Shown here one piece after another: positions 43,421 through 52,815 of a DNA stretch of 64,000 bases. Numbering within the stretch: the first letter of the stretch is position 1; every line of letters begins with the position of its first letter. The stretch comes from Myxococcota bacterium (lineage in GTDB: Bacteria; Myxococcota_A; UBA9042; PHBI01; JAWLBL01): NCBI GenBank assembly GCA_041687695.1, contig JAWLBL010000010.1:34676-98675 (forward strand), written 5' to 3'. The notes beneath the pieces were generated by a model. The model ran no database searches. It was not told the DNA's origin and saw nothing but the letters and a program-made list of their open reading frames with translations. A program made the position numbers and the translations under genes.

Positions 43421-43990
43421 TCAGGCCGTCGGCAGGAAGGCGTCGAGCGGCAGGGTCAGGTCGGGGAAGGCGACCGGCGTGACCGTCGCGCCAGGCCGGA
43501 GCGTCGTGATCTGCGTCCAGCGCGTGCCGTCCGAGTCGCGGTGGACGACGAGAGCGCGCGACGTCAGGTCGACGACCCAGTACTCGCGGACGTCGGAGGC
43601 GGCGTAGAGCGCGGCCTCGAGGCCGAGATCCCGGCGAAGCGAGGCCTCGGCGACCTCGATGACCAGCAGGGCGGAGCGGGGGTGGTCGGCTTCGCTGTCT
43701 GCTTGCAGTGGCACGATGGCCAGGTCCGGCTCGGGCTCGGACTCATCAGAGGCGCCCAGAGGCGATTGCACGCGGACGCGGACGCTTCGCCCCAGCGCAA
43801 GGGTCAGCTCGAGCTGCAGCTTCTGAATCGTCAGGGCGTGCAGGGCGCTTTGCGGGCTCATCGTCAGAATGTCTCCGAGGATCAATTCGACGTGCTCGTC
43901 CTCGAAGACGCCCAACGCGACCAGACGATCGTACTCGGCGCGCGTCCAGCGATGGCGGGGTTCGGGGGCTGACTCGGTCGACCAGGTCAT
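43421..43990 (-). CDS. Uma2-family endonuclease (conserved Lys replaced by Glu)
   Basis: VELILG..MSP..H, PEPDL, IEVA, DLGLEAALY, EYWVVD. Confidence 0.88.
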   Translation of the reverse strand: MTWSTESAPEPRHRWTRAEYDRLVALGVFEDEHVELILGDILTMSPQSALHALTIQKLQLELTLALGRSVRVRVQSPLGASDESEPEPDLAIVPLQADSEADHPRSALLVIEVAEASLRRDLGLEAALYAASDVREYWVVDLTSRALVVHRDSDGTRWTQITTLRPGATVTPVAFPDLTLPLDAFLPTA

Positions 43991-44061
43991 GACGCAACTA
44001 TAGGCGGCGCGTGCTCGCCGAAAAAGGGCCCGCGAGTGTGCAGTCCGTACGGGGATATCGA

Positions 44062-44652
44062 TCAGGCCGGCGGCAGGAAGGCGTCGAGCGGCAGGGTCAG
44101 GTCGGGGAAGGCGACCGGCATGACGGTGGCGCCAGGCCGGAGGGTCGTGATCTGCGTCCAGCGCGTGCCGTCCGAGTCGCGGTGGACGACGAGGGCGCGC
44201 GCCTTCAGGTCGACGACCCAGTACTCGCGGACGTCGGAGGCGGCGTAGAGCGCGGCCTTGAGGCCGAGATCCCGGCGAAGCGAGGCCTCGGCGACCTCGA
44301 TGACCAGCAGGGCCGACGAGGGGAGGGTGTCGGCCGGGGCGGCTTCGGCGTCCACGACGGCGAGGTCCGGCTCGGGCCTGGACTCGTCGAACGCGGCGAA
44401 GGCCATCTGGACCCTGAGCTCGGCCTGGTCGGGCAACGCCTTGAACAGCTTCGTGAGCTTCTGGACCGACCAGCCGTGGTGCACGCCTTGCGGGCTCATG
44501 GGCAGGATGTCCCCATGGATGAGTTCGATGGCCTCGTCCACGAAGAGGCCGAGCTCGACGAGTTGGTCATACTCGCTCGCCTTGAGGCGACGGCGCGGCT
44601 CGGGGGCTGACTCGGTCGACCAGGACATGACGGAGAGTGTAAGCGAGGCCAT
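44062..44652 (-). CDS. Uma2-family endonuclease
   Basis: IELIHG..MSP..H, PEPDL, IEVA, DLGLKAALY, EYWVVD; start may be 44628. Confidence 0.9.
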   Translation of the reverse strand: MASLTLSVMSWSTESAPEPRRRLKASEYDQLVELGLFVDEAIELIHGDILPMSPQGVHHGWSVQKLTKLFKALPDQAELRVQMAFAAFDESRPEPDLAVVDAEAAPADTLPSSALLVIEVAEASLRRDLGLKAALYAASDVREYWVVDLKARALVVHRDSDGTRWTQITTLRPGATVMPVAFPDLTLPLDAFLPPA

Positions 44653-44859
44653 GAGCCCAGGGAAGGCTGCGCCGGGGCGCGCGGCGGCAGGACATCACAG
44701 GACATCACCCGCTCCGGGCCAGCAAATCCGCGCGCGTTGCGGCGAATGGGCCCCTTGGGCTAGGGTCCGGGCCCGGTGGTGGTGAATGAGGCCGCCGAGA
44801 CCCCCGTCTGTGGCCGCCGCACGTTCCCGACACCCCGAACGACCCCTACGGAGCCCGTC

Positions 44860-46014
44860 ATGCGCCTCGTCCTCGCCTCCCTCGCGCTGCTCGCCACCGG
44901 CTGCGGTGGCATGAAGAACCCCGAGCAGGTGAACCTGCCGTCCGACTCGGCCGTCCGCCCCGACCCGCCGGCGCAGAGCATCTTCGTCCGCGCGTCCTTC
45001 GACGACGACCCCGGCAGCTACGTCGGGCGCTTCGTCCCCGAGGGCCTGCCGACGGCCGAGATCGACGAGAACCGCGCCGCGCAGACCCGCTGCAGCCAGT
45101 TCATCACCACCAAGGAGGTCCGGGCCAGCGGGACCTTCGACGAGACCTTCAACGCGTCCACCAGCGTGTCGGGCTCGCTCGGCATCAAGCCCATCGGCAG
45201 CGTCGGGGGCGGCTTCGAGGGCGGCAACGGCGTGCGCGTGCACTACAAGCTGGCCAAGAAGCTGCGCGCCGAGGTCAGCGACCCGGCCGCCTTCGACCAG
45301 TGCTGCAAGAAGGCCCCGGACCAGTGCTCGGGCACCTTCATCGGCGAGTTCCTGTACGGCACGGGCGCCGTCTACAAGTTCGCCGGCCAGGAGGCCGCGC
45401 TCAAGGCCGACGGGACCTACAAGAAGATCGACGCGTCGGTCGACTTCAAGGACGGCTTCGCCTGGAAGCGGGTGAGCGAGTTCGAGGACGTCTACTTCGC
45501 CTTCCGCACCCAGGCCGCCAACCTGGGGTCGTCGGTCGCGGCCGGCGGGCCCGACGACTGCGCGTGGGCGAGCAGCGTGCCGACCAGCCTCGATGGCGAG
45601 TACTTCGTCGGCATGTCGATGCCCGTGGCGAGCGAGGCGCAGGCCCGCGACAAGGCCATCGACAACGCCAAGCGCCAGGTCGTGAAGTACCTGGGCGAGT
45701 ACATCACCAGCGCGGTCCAGAGCACGACCAACGCCATCGAGGGGTACCTGGACGACCAGGAGGTCGTCACCCACGCGGCCGAGGGCATCGCCTCGCGGGT
45801 CAAGGCCGAGCGCTGGTGCGCCGCCGAGACCGTCGACACCCCCAAGGGCACGATGTACGTGGTCAAGGTGTTGGCGTTCTTCCCCAAGGCCGAAGAGAAG
45901 GAGGCCGCCCGCGTCGTGATGCAGCGGATGACCGAGAAGCTGCAGGCCCAGGGCAAGCTGACCGCCCAGGACGAGGCGACGCTCGAGGAGACGGGCCGCA
46001 AGCTCGAGCAGTAG
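44860..46014 (+). CDS. Lipoprotein: putative gasdermin-like N-terminal domain plus LPP20-like C-terminal domain
   Basis: LLATGC lipobox; two amphipathic beta-hairpin-like segments and terminal VYFAFR; C-terminal W..P..YFVG.S...EAQARDKAIDNAKRQV. CDS is solid; fold call is inference. Confidence 0.6.
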   Translation: MRLVLASLALLATGCGGMKNPEQVNLPSDSAVRPDPPAQSIFVRASFDDDPGSYVGRFVPEGLPTAEIDENRAAQTRCSQFITTKEVRASGTFDETFNASTSVSGSLGIKPIGSVGGGFEGGNGVRVHYKLAKKLRAEVSDPAAFDQCCKKAPDQCSGTFIGEFLYGTGAVYKFAGQEAALKADGTYKKIDASVDFKDGFAWKRVSEFEDVYFAFRTQAANLGSSVAAGGPDDCAWASSVPTSLDGEYFVGMSMPVASEAQARDKAIDNAKRQVVKYLGEYITSAVQSTTNAIEGYLDDQEVVTHAAEGIASRVKAERWCAAETVDTPKGTMYVVKVLAFFPKAEEKEAARVVMQRMTEKLQAQGKLTAQDEATLEETGRKLEQ

Positions 46015-46028
46015 TCCGACGTGCCGAT

Positions 46029-46059
46029 GGCGGGGCCTCGCACGGCGCGGGGCCCCGCC
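46029..46059 (+). other. Strong intergenic hairpin (13-bp stem with one G-U, 5-nt loop, no U-tract)
   Basis: ggcggggcctcgc-acggc-gcggggccccgcc. Confidence 0.7.
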
Positions 46060-46076
46060 TGCGCCGGGAGGAAGTC

Positions 46077-47414
46077 ATGAGGTCAGGGCGACTCGGGGGC
46101 GTGGCGTTGGCGCTGGTCGTGGCCGGTTGCGCGCCGCGGGTGGTGGTCCAGCAGGGTGGGGGCCCCGCGAACCCGGTGAAGGCGGACCCCAAGCCCGCGG
46201 AGCCGGTCGTGACGGCCGACGAGGCCCGGCAGCAGGACCTGGACTGGGACTGCCAGAAGGCCGTCCCGCCGCCGGGCGGCTACGAGGCCGAGACCGCCTG
46301 GGTCGACGCCGGGCAGCCGCAGGCCGTGGAGCGGGCCTTCCAGCGGGCCTTCGACCAGCTGGTGGCCAACCGCTGTGAGGGTGGGCGGTCGTGCGAGGCG
46401 CTGCGGGCCCTGGCGACCCGCTGGAAGTGGGGACGCGGGGGCGGGCAGGTGTGCGCGATGGCGACCATCCACGCGCCGGACCTGTCGTGGTACCGCGGCA
46501 TGGTCTCGACCAAGCTCTTCGAGACGAGCCTGCGCGAGTCGGCCGGGGCGCTGGTCGGGCCGAACGCGGCCAAGAAGCCGCGGGTCGCCATCGACTGCAT
46601 CGAGGACGCTGGCGCCTGCGGCGGGCCGCGCGTGTCGTGGCTGCAGGACTATCTGGTCCGCGCGTTGGCCGACCGTGGCGCCATGGTCGTGGACGTGCCC
46701 AAGGGGTGGGGCGGCGCCGGCCTGCCGAACGGCGTCGACCTGCTGCTGACGGGGCGCGTGACGCCGCGGGTCGAGCGCCGCATCCCCATCTTCGACCTGA
46801 CCTGGACCGCGCGCTATCGCGAGGGGGGCACGGTCGCGCAGCGCGGGGCCCCGCCGGTCGCGCTCGCGGCGGCCGTCGCGCCGGCCGTCCAGGACGTGGT
46901 CGCGCCCCTGCCGGAGGGCGACGGCAAGCTGGCGCTGCGGCTGGACGCGCAGCGGGGCGGCAGCCTGTGCGCCGGCGAGCGCACGCAGCTGTGGCTGACG
47001 ACCGACCAGGATCTGCACGTGCGCGTGTTCGATCTGTACGGCCGCGACGGCGCCATCCTGGTCTTCCCCAACGCCGAGCAGCCCAACGGCCTGGTGCGAG
47101 GCGGGCGCGAAGAGCCGCTGGGCGGGCCGCAGGGCTTCGAAGCCGTGCCCGTGGCCGGCAGCGACGTCGAGCGCTTCCTGGTGGTAGCGGCGCCGACCGA
47201 GGCTGGCCTGGGCGCGCTAGCCGCCGTGACCGAGACCTGCCGCGTGGCGCCCGACCGCGCCGCCGCCCTGCACCGCGGCGAGGGGCTGCCCCCGGGCGTC
47301 CGCGTCGCCTCGACCAGCTTCCGCCTCGTCACCGACGGGTGCCCGGCGCCGCCGCCCGCCGGGACGCGCGAGGGCGTCGCCGCCTCGCTCGAGCAGCTGC
47401 CCACTTGCCCCTGA
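46077..47414 (+). CDS. Lipoprotein with FlgO/CsgG-like middle domain and C-terminal DUF4384-like domain
   Basis: GGAGG RBS; VVAGC lipobox; GE..QLWLTTDQDLHVRVFDL..DG..LVFPN..ERFLVVA. Confidence 0.7.
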   Translation: MRSGRLGGVALALVVAGCAPRVVVQQGGGPANPVKADPKPAEPVVTADEARQQDLDWDCQKAVPPPGGYEAETAWVDAGQPQAVERAFQRAFDQLVANRCEGGRSCEALRALATRWKWGRGGGQVCAMATIHAPDLSWYRGMVSTKLFETSLRESAGALVGPNAAKKPRVAIDCIEDAGACGGPRVSWLQDYLVRALADRGAMVVDVPKGWGGAGLPNGVDLLLTGRVTPRVERRIPIFDLTWTARYREGGTVAQRGAPPVALAAAVAPAVQDVVAPLPEGDGKLALRLDAQRGGSLCAGERTQLWLTTDQDLHVRVFDLYGRDGAILVFPNAEQPNGLVRGGREEPLGGPQGFEAVPVAGSDVERFLVVAAPTEAGLGALAAVTETCRVAPDRAAALHRGEGLPPGVRVASTSFRLVTDGCPAPPPAGTREGVAASLEQLPTCP

Positions 47415-47430
47415 CCTACGGGAGTTCCTC

Positions 47431-48813
47431 ATGACCGCCGTCGTCCGCCTCGTCCTCCTCGGCACCGTGACGCTGGCCCTGGTCGCGTGCGCCAGCTACC
47501 AGCGCGCCCAGCTGCCGACCAAGGCCACGCCCGCGCGTACGCGCATCGCGCTGTCGGTGACCGTCGACCGCAGCGTGATCCAGGCCGCCGAGGACAACGC
47601 CAAGTTCTTCGAGGAGGGCCACACGCCCGAGGAGAAGGCCGCGGCCAACTCGCGCGAGGCCGAGCGTGCGCGGCGCAAGGCCGCCGAGGCCGAGGCTCGC
47701 GAGCTGTCGCAGCGCATGACGGCTCTACTGCGTTCGGAGCTGCTCGACCGCCGCATCGGCTTGCCGGTCGCGCCGGACGCCGAGGCGGACCTGGTCTTCG
47801 AGGGGGTCTTCCGCCACGGTGAGCACGTGCTGCGCCTGGACTGGCAGCTGGTCGAGCCCGCGACGGGGGCGGCGGTCGCCGCCGGGCAGGCGCCGGGCTA
47901 CGGCGTGGGCACGGACCTGAACCCGTACGCCGACGCCGTGCTCGCCAAGCTGCTGACCACCGACGTCGACCGCTACGCCAAGGGCGCCGGGCCCGTCGTC
48001 GCGGACCCCGGCGGGGCGCTGCCGCTCGAGGCGCCGCTGGCGGCCACCGACGGGTCCAAGGCGTGGGCGGTGGTCATCGGCGTCGAGACCTACCGCGACG
48101 GGCTGACGCCGGCCACCCACGCGGCCGCCGACGCCCGCGCCTTCGCCGGTTACGCCGAGAAGACGTTGGGGGTGCCCGCGGCCCAGATCAAGGTGCTCGT
48201 CAACGAGCGCGCCGGCCGCGCCGACGTCGCCAGCGCCATCGAGGAGTGGCTGCCGCGCAACGCCCGCGCGCCCGGCGGCAAGGTCTACGTCTTCTTCTCG
48301 GGCCACGGGGCGCCCGATGCCGAGACGGGCAAGGCCTATCTGGTGCCCTGGGACGCCGACCCTGCCTACCTGAAGACGCGCGGCTACGGCATCGAGGAGC
48401 TGTATGCGGCCTTGCACGGCCTGCAGAACCAGGAGATCTACGTGTTCCTCGACGCTTGCTTTTCGGGCTCGGGCGACCGCAGCGTGCTGGCCGCCGGGAC
48501 GCGCCCGCTGGTGCCCGTGAAGACGCCCGCCGCGCCCACGCGCGTCATCTCGTTCGCGGCCGCCGCGGCCCGCGAGACCACGGGCGCCGCCAGCGACGCG
48601 CAGCACGGCCTGTTCACGCGGCACCTGCTGGCCGCGATGGCCGGCCAGGCCGACAGCGACGGCGACCGGAACGTCACGCTGGGCGAGGTGGTCCGCCACG
48701 TCACCGAGAAGGTCACCGCCGAGGCGCGCCTGCAGAACCGCGAGCAGACGCCGACCCTGGACGCCCCGGGCGTCGACCCGGCCAAGGTCAAGCTGGTCGA
48801 GGCGCTGAAGTAG
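47431..48813 (+). CDS. Lipoprotein caspase-like protease (peptidase C14)
   Basis: ALVAC lipobox; WAVVIGV..Y, A..DA, FFSGHG (His), LDACFSG (Cys), HGLFT, QTP. Confidence 0.9.
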   Translation: MTAVVRLVLLGTVTLALVACASYQRAQLPTKATPARTRIALSVTVDRSVIQAAEDNAKFFEEGHTPEEKAAANSREAERARRKAAEAEARELSQRMTALLRSELLDRRIGLPVAPDAEADLVFEGVFRHGEHVLRLDWQLVEPATGAAVAAGQAPGYGVGTDLNPYADAVLAKLLTTDVDRYAKGAGPVVADPGGALPLEAPLAATDGSKAWAVVIGVETYRDGLTPATHAAADARAFAGYAEKTLGVPAAQIKVLVNERAGRADVASAIEEWLPRNARAPGGKVYVFFSGHGAPDAETGKAYLVPWDADPAYLKTRGYGIEELYAALHGLQNQEIYVFLDACFSGSGDRSVLAAGTRPLVPVKTPAAPTRVISFAAAAARETTGAASDAQHGLFTRHLLAAMAGQADSDGDRNVTLGEVVRHVTEKVTAEARLQNREQTPTLDAPGVDPAKVKLVEALK

Positions 48814-48897
48814 GCGGCGCTGCGGGCGCCGGCCGTGCAGCGGCGCGGGCGGTGCCTATACTGGTGGGGTCGCGACGCGCTCGTCAGGAGTCCCTCC

Positions 48898-49533
48898 ATG
48901 GTTCGGCAGATCTCCGACACCTGGCTCGCTCCCAGGCCCGAGTACCGGGCCGAGGCGACCTATGAAGACTTGCGGGCGGTGCCGGCGCATTTGATCGCCG
49001 AGTTGGTCGACGGCGAGCTCTGGACGTCCCCAAGGCCAGCGACGCCTCATGCGCGCGTGGCATCGCTGCTGGGTAGCGAGTTGATGCACTTCTTCGATCG
49101 TCAGCCCGGCGGACCCCATGGTCCAGGCGGGTGGTGGGTGCTTCATGAGCCCGAGCTCCACCTGGACCGGGATGTCTTGGTGCCCGATCTGGCCGCCTGG
49201 CGCCGAACGCGCATGCCGCGCATCCAGGCGGCGCCATTTCTCGACGTCGCTCCCGATTGGCTGTGCGAGGTGCTCTCGCCGTCGACACAGTACCTCGACC
49301 GGACGCGCAAGCTCGCCGTCTATGCCCGCGCGGGCGTGGCTCACGTGTGGCTGGTCGACCCGCTGCAGCGGCTGCTCGAGGTGCTGCGCCTCACCGGCGA
49401 GCATTACCTCATCGTCACCACGATAGGCGGCGACGACCTCGCCCAGGTCGAACCCTTCGAGGCCGCCGCCTTCGAGATGGCCCGCTGGTGGCTCGACCCC
49501 CCCGAACCGGAGCCCGGGGCGGCGGCGCCATGA
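48898..49533 (+). CDS. Uma2-family endonuclease
   Basis: AELVDGEL..PRP..H, EPEL, VPDLAAW, PDWLCEVLSPST..DRTRK..Y, WLVDP. Confidence 0.92.
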   Translation: MVRQISDTWLAPRPEYRAEATYEDLRAVPAHLIAELVDGELWTSPRPATPHARVASLLGSELMHFFDRQPGGPHGPGGWWVLHEPELHLDRDVLVPDLAAWRRTRMPRIQAAPFLDVAPDWLCEVLSPSTQYLDRTRKLAVYARAGVAHVWLVDPLQRLLEVLRLTGEHYLIVTTIGGDDLAQVEPFEAAAFEMARWWLDPPEPEPGAAAP

Positions 49534-50225
49534 GGCCAGGCGATGGGCGCGAGCGACGCTCCGTCCTGCCGCTGCTGGCGCCCGCCATCGTGGTGGTCGC
49601 GGGCGCGCTGCTGGCGGCGCTGTGGGACCGCCTGCCCGAGCGCTGGCCGACCCACTGGGGCCCGGACGGCCAGCCCGACGGCTTTGGCAGCAAGACCTTC
49701 TGGGGGGTGTACGGGCCGCTGCTGATGGCCGCGCCGGTCTGGCTGCTGGTCGAGGGGCTGGTCGTCATGGTGCGACGCAGCAGCCGAAAGATCGCGACGA
49801 CCGACGCCGACCCGCGCCTCATCGCGGCCCATCGCGACAGCCTGGTGACGCTGCTGCGCATGACGGGGGCGGGCCTGACGTTCGCGTTCGCGGCGCTGTC
49901 ACTGCTGCTGCCGCTGGCGACGCCGCCGGACCCGTGGCCGGTGATGGCGCTGGTCCTGCTCATCGTGTTCGGCACCATCGCCCTGGGCCTCGGCCATATG
50001 GTGCGCGCGATGCGTCGGCTGGGGCCCGCGCGCTCTGGCAGCGCGCTCGAGGGCTGGAACGGCGTCGTCTACAGAGACCCCGACGACCCGCGCGTGTGGG
50101 TGCCGCGTCCGTTGTCGATGGGTTACACCCTGAACTTCGCGCGGCGCGAGGCCTGGCTGGTCCTGGGCCTGCTGCTGGCCGTCCCGATCCTGGTCGTCGT
50201 GCTGTCGCTGACCCTGGCCAGCTGA
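49530..50225 (+). CDS. DUF1648/DUF5808 (SdpI-like) membrane protein
   Basis: WDRLPERWPTHWG..G.PDG; YRDPDDPRVWVP..GYTLNF. Confidence 0.85.
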   Translation: MRPGDGRERRSVLPLLAPAIVVVAGALLAALWDRLPERWPTHWGPDGQPDGFGSKTFWGVYGPLLMAAPVWLLVEGLVVMVRRSSRKIATTDADPRLIAAHRDSLVTLLRMTGAGLTFAFAALSLLLPLATPPDPWPVMALVLLIVFGTIALGLGHMVRAMRRLGPARSGSALEGWNGVVYRDPDDPRVWVPRPLSMGYTLNFARREAWLVLGLLLAVPILVVVLSLTLAS

Positions 50226-50232
50226 CGACCCC

Positions 50233-51414
50233 TCAGCGCGGCGGGATGAAGCTGGCGTGGTAGTCCGCGTCCTCGACCGAGCGGGCGAAGGGCGTGGGGA
50301 CGAGCGGCTCGAACACGTCGAGCATCACGGCCAGCTCGCTGGTCTCGCGGTGGCCGATGCTGGCCTCGTAGGCGCCAGGGTGAGGGCCGTGCAGCGTGCC
50401 CATCGGGTGGTGCGAGACCGACCCCGGGCCGACGCCGCGGCGCGAGGTGAAGTTGCCGTCGCAGTAGAACAGGAACTCGTCGCAGTGCACCGACGCGTGC
50501 GGGTAGGGGCAGGGGATGGCGTCGGGGTGGTAGTCGACGAGGCGCGGCACGAAGCTGCAGACCAGGCCGCCGCGCATGGCGAAGGTGCCGTGGATGGTCG
50601 GCGGCAGGTGGACGTTGCTGGTCTTGGGCTGGAAGGCCAGGATGGGCATGGCCCACGGCCACACCGTGCCGTCCCAGCCGACGGCGTCCAGCGGCGGGTG
50701 GTCGTAGGTGTAGGCGGTGAACTGGTGGCCGCGCTTGGCGACCACGACGCGCAGGCCCTCGTCCACCGGGCCCGAGAACTCGGGGCGGCGGAAGTCGCGG
50801 TGGGTGAAGGGCGCGTCCATGCGCAGCTGGCCGACCTCGTTGCGGAACTGCCGCGGGACGTGCAGGTCGCCCAGGCACTCGAAGACCAGCCAGTACTGCT
50901 CGACGCCGGGGTCGGGGATGAAGCGGTGGCGGACGCCGCGCGGGACGAACACGTAGTCGCGCGCCTCGAAGCGCACGTCGCCCATCGCGGTGCGCAGGAC
51001 GCCGCCGCCGGCGTGGATGAAGTAGAGGTCGTCGCCGTCGCCGTTTTCCAGGTAGACCGGGTCGGCGGCGGTGGGGCGCGCGACGCTGATGACGACGTCG
51101 CGGTTGTGGAGCAGCGGCGTGCGCGCGTCGATGGGCGCGACGTCGGGGGCGGGCGCCAGGTCCTGCGTGCGATAGTGGCGGCGCAGCAGCGGCGGGTCGC
51201 CGGCGCCCGGGGCGGCGGTCGGCGCGGGCCAGCCGTGGCGTGACGGCTCCCAGGCGACCTGCACGTGGGGCGCGGCCTCGTGGTACAGGATGGTGAAGGG
51301 ACCGTCGAAGCCCTGGCGGGTCAGGCACTGCTCGAAGCGTAGCGCCCCGTCCGGCCCGCGCAGGGTGGTGTGCGGCTTGGGCGGCAGGACGCCGGCGCTC
51401 ATCCGGTCGATCAT
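50233..51414 (-). CDS. hmgA: Homogentisate 1,2-dioxygenase
   Basis: NGDGDDL, DAVGWDG, HLPP, CSFVPR, PYPH..DEFLFY, HGP..ELAVM. Confidence 0.92.
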   Translation of the reverse strand: MIDRMSAGVLPPKPHTTLRGPDGALRFEQCLTRQGFDGPFTILYHEAAPHVQVAWEPSRHGWPAPTAAPGAGDPPLLRRHYRTQDLAPAPDVAPIDARTPLLHNRDVVISVARPTAADPVYLENGDGDDLYFIHAGGGVLRTAMGDVRFEARDYVFVPRGVRHRFIPDPGVEQYWLVFECLGDLHVPRQFRNEVGQLRMDAPFTHRDFRRPEFSGPVDEGLRVVVAKRGHQFTAYTYDHPPLDAVGWDGTVWPWAMPILAFQPKTSNVHLPPTIHGTFAMRGGLVCSFVPRLVDYHPDAIPCPYPHASVHCDEFLFYCDGNFTSRRGVGPGSVSHHPMGTLHGPHPGAYEASIGHRETSELAVMLDVFEPLVPTPFARSVEDADYHASFIPPR

Positions 51415-51445
51415 GGTGGGGGCTCCGACGGTCGGGGGAGGGCGG

Positions 51446-52600
<1,155 letters not shown>

Positions 52601-52815
52601 GGCGGGTCCTCCCGGGGGGTCGAGGTCACGAGGTGCCGGGCTTATGCCACGCCGCCCGAGGTCGGGGCAACCGTTCGGGGCGGCCGCCACCGGCGCCGAT
52701 CGCCGGCCGCGCGGGCGTCCGAGTTCGCTTGCGGCGTGGTCCCGGACCCGTATGCTGGACGAATCTCCGAAGGTCCGCCTCCCGCGGCGGGCCATGCGCT
52801 TCAATGACCTTTCAC

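Noticed and set aside
52635..52649. sigma54 promoter for hppD (TGGCAT-N5-CGGC)
   Set aside because: Poor -12 element; easily arises by chance in GC-rich DNA
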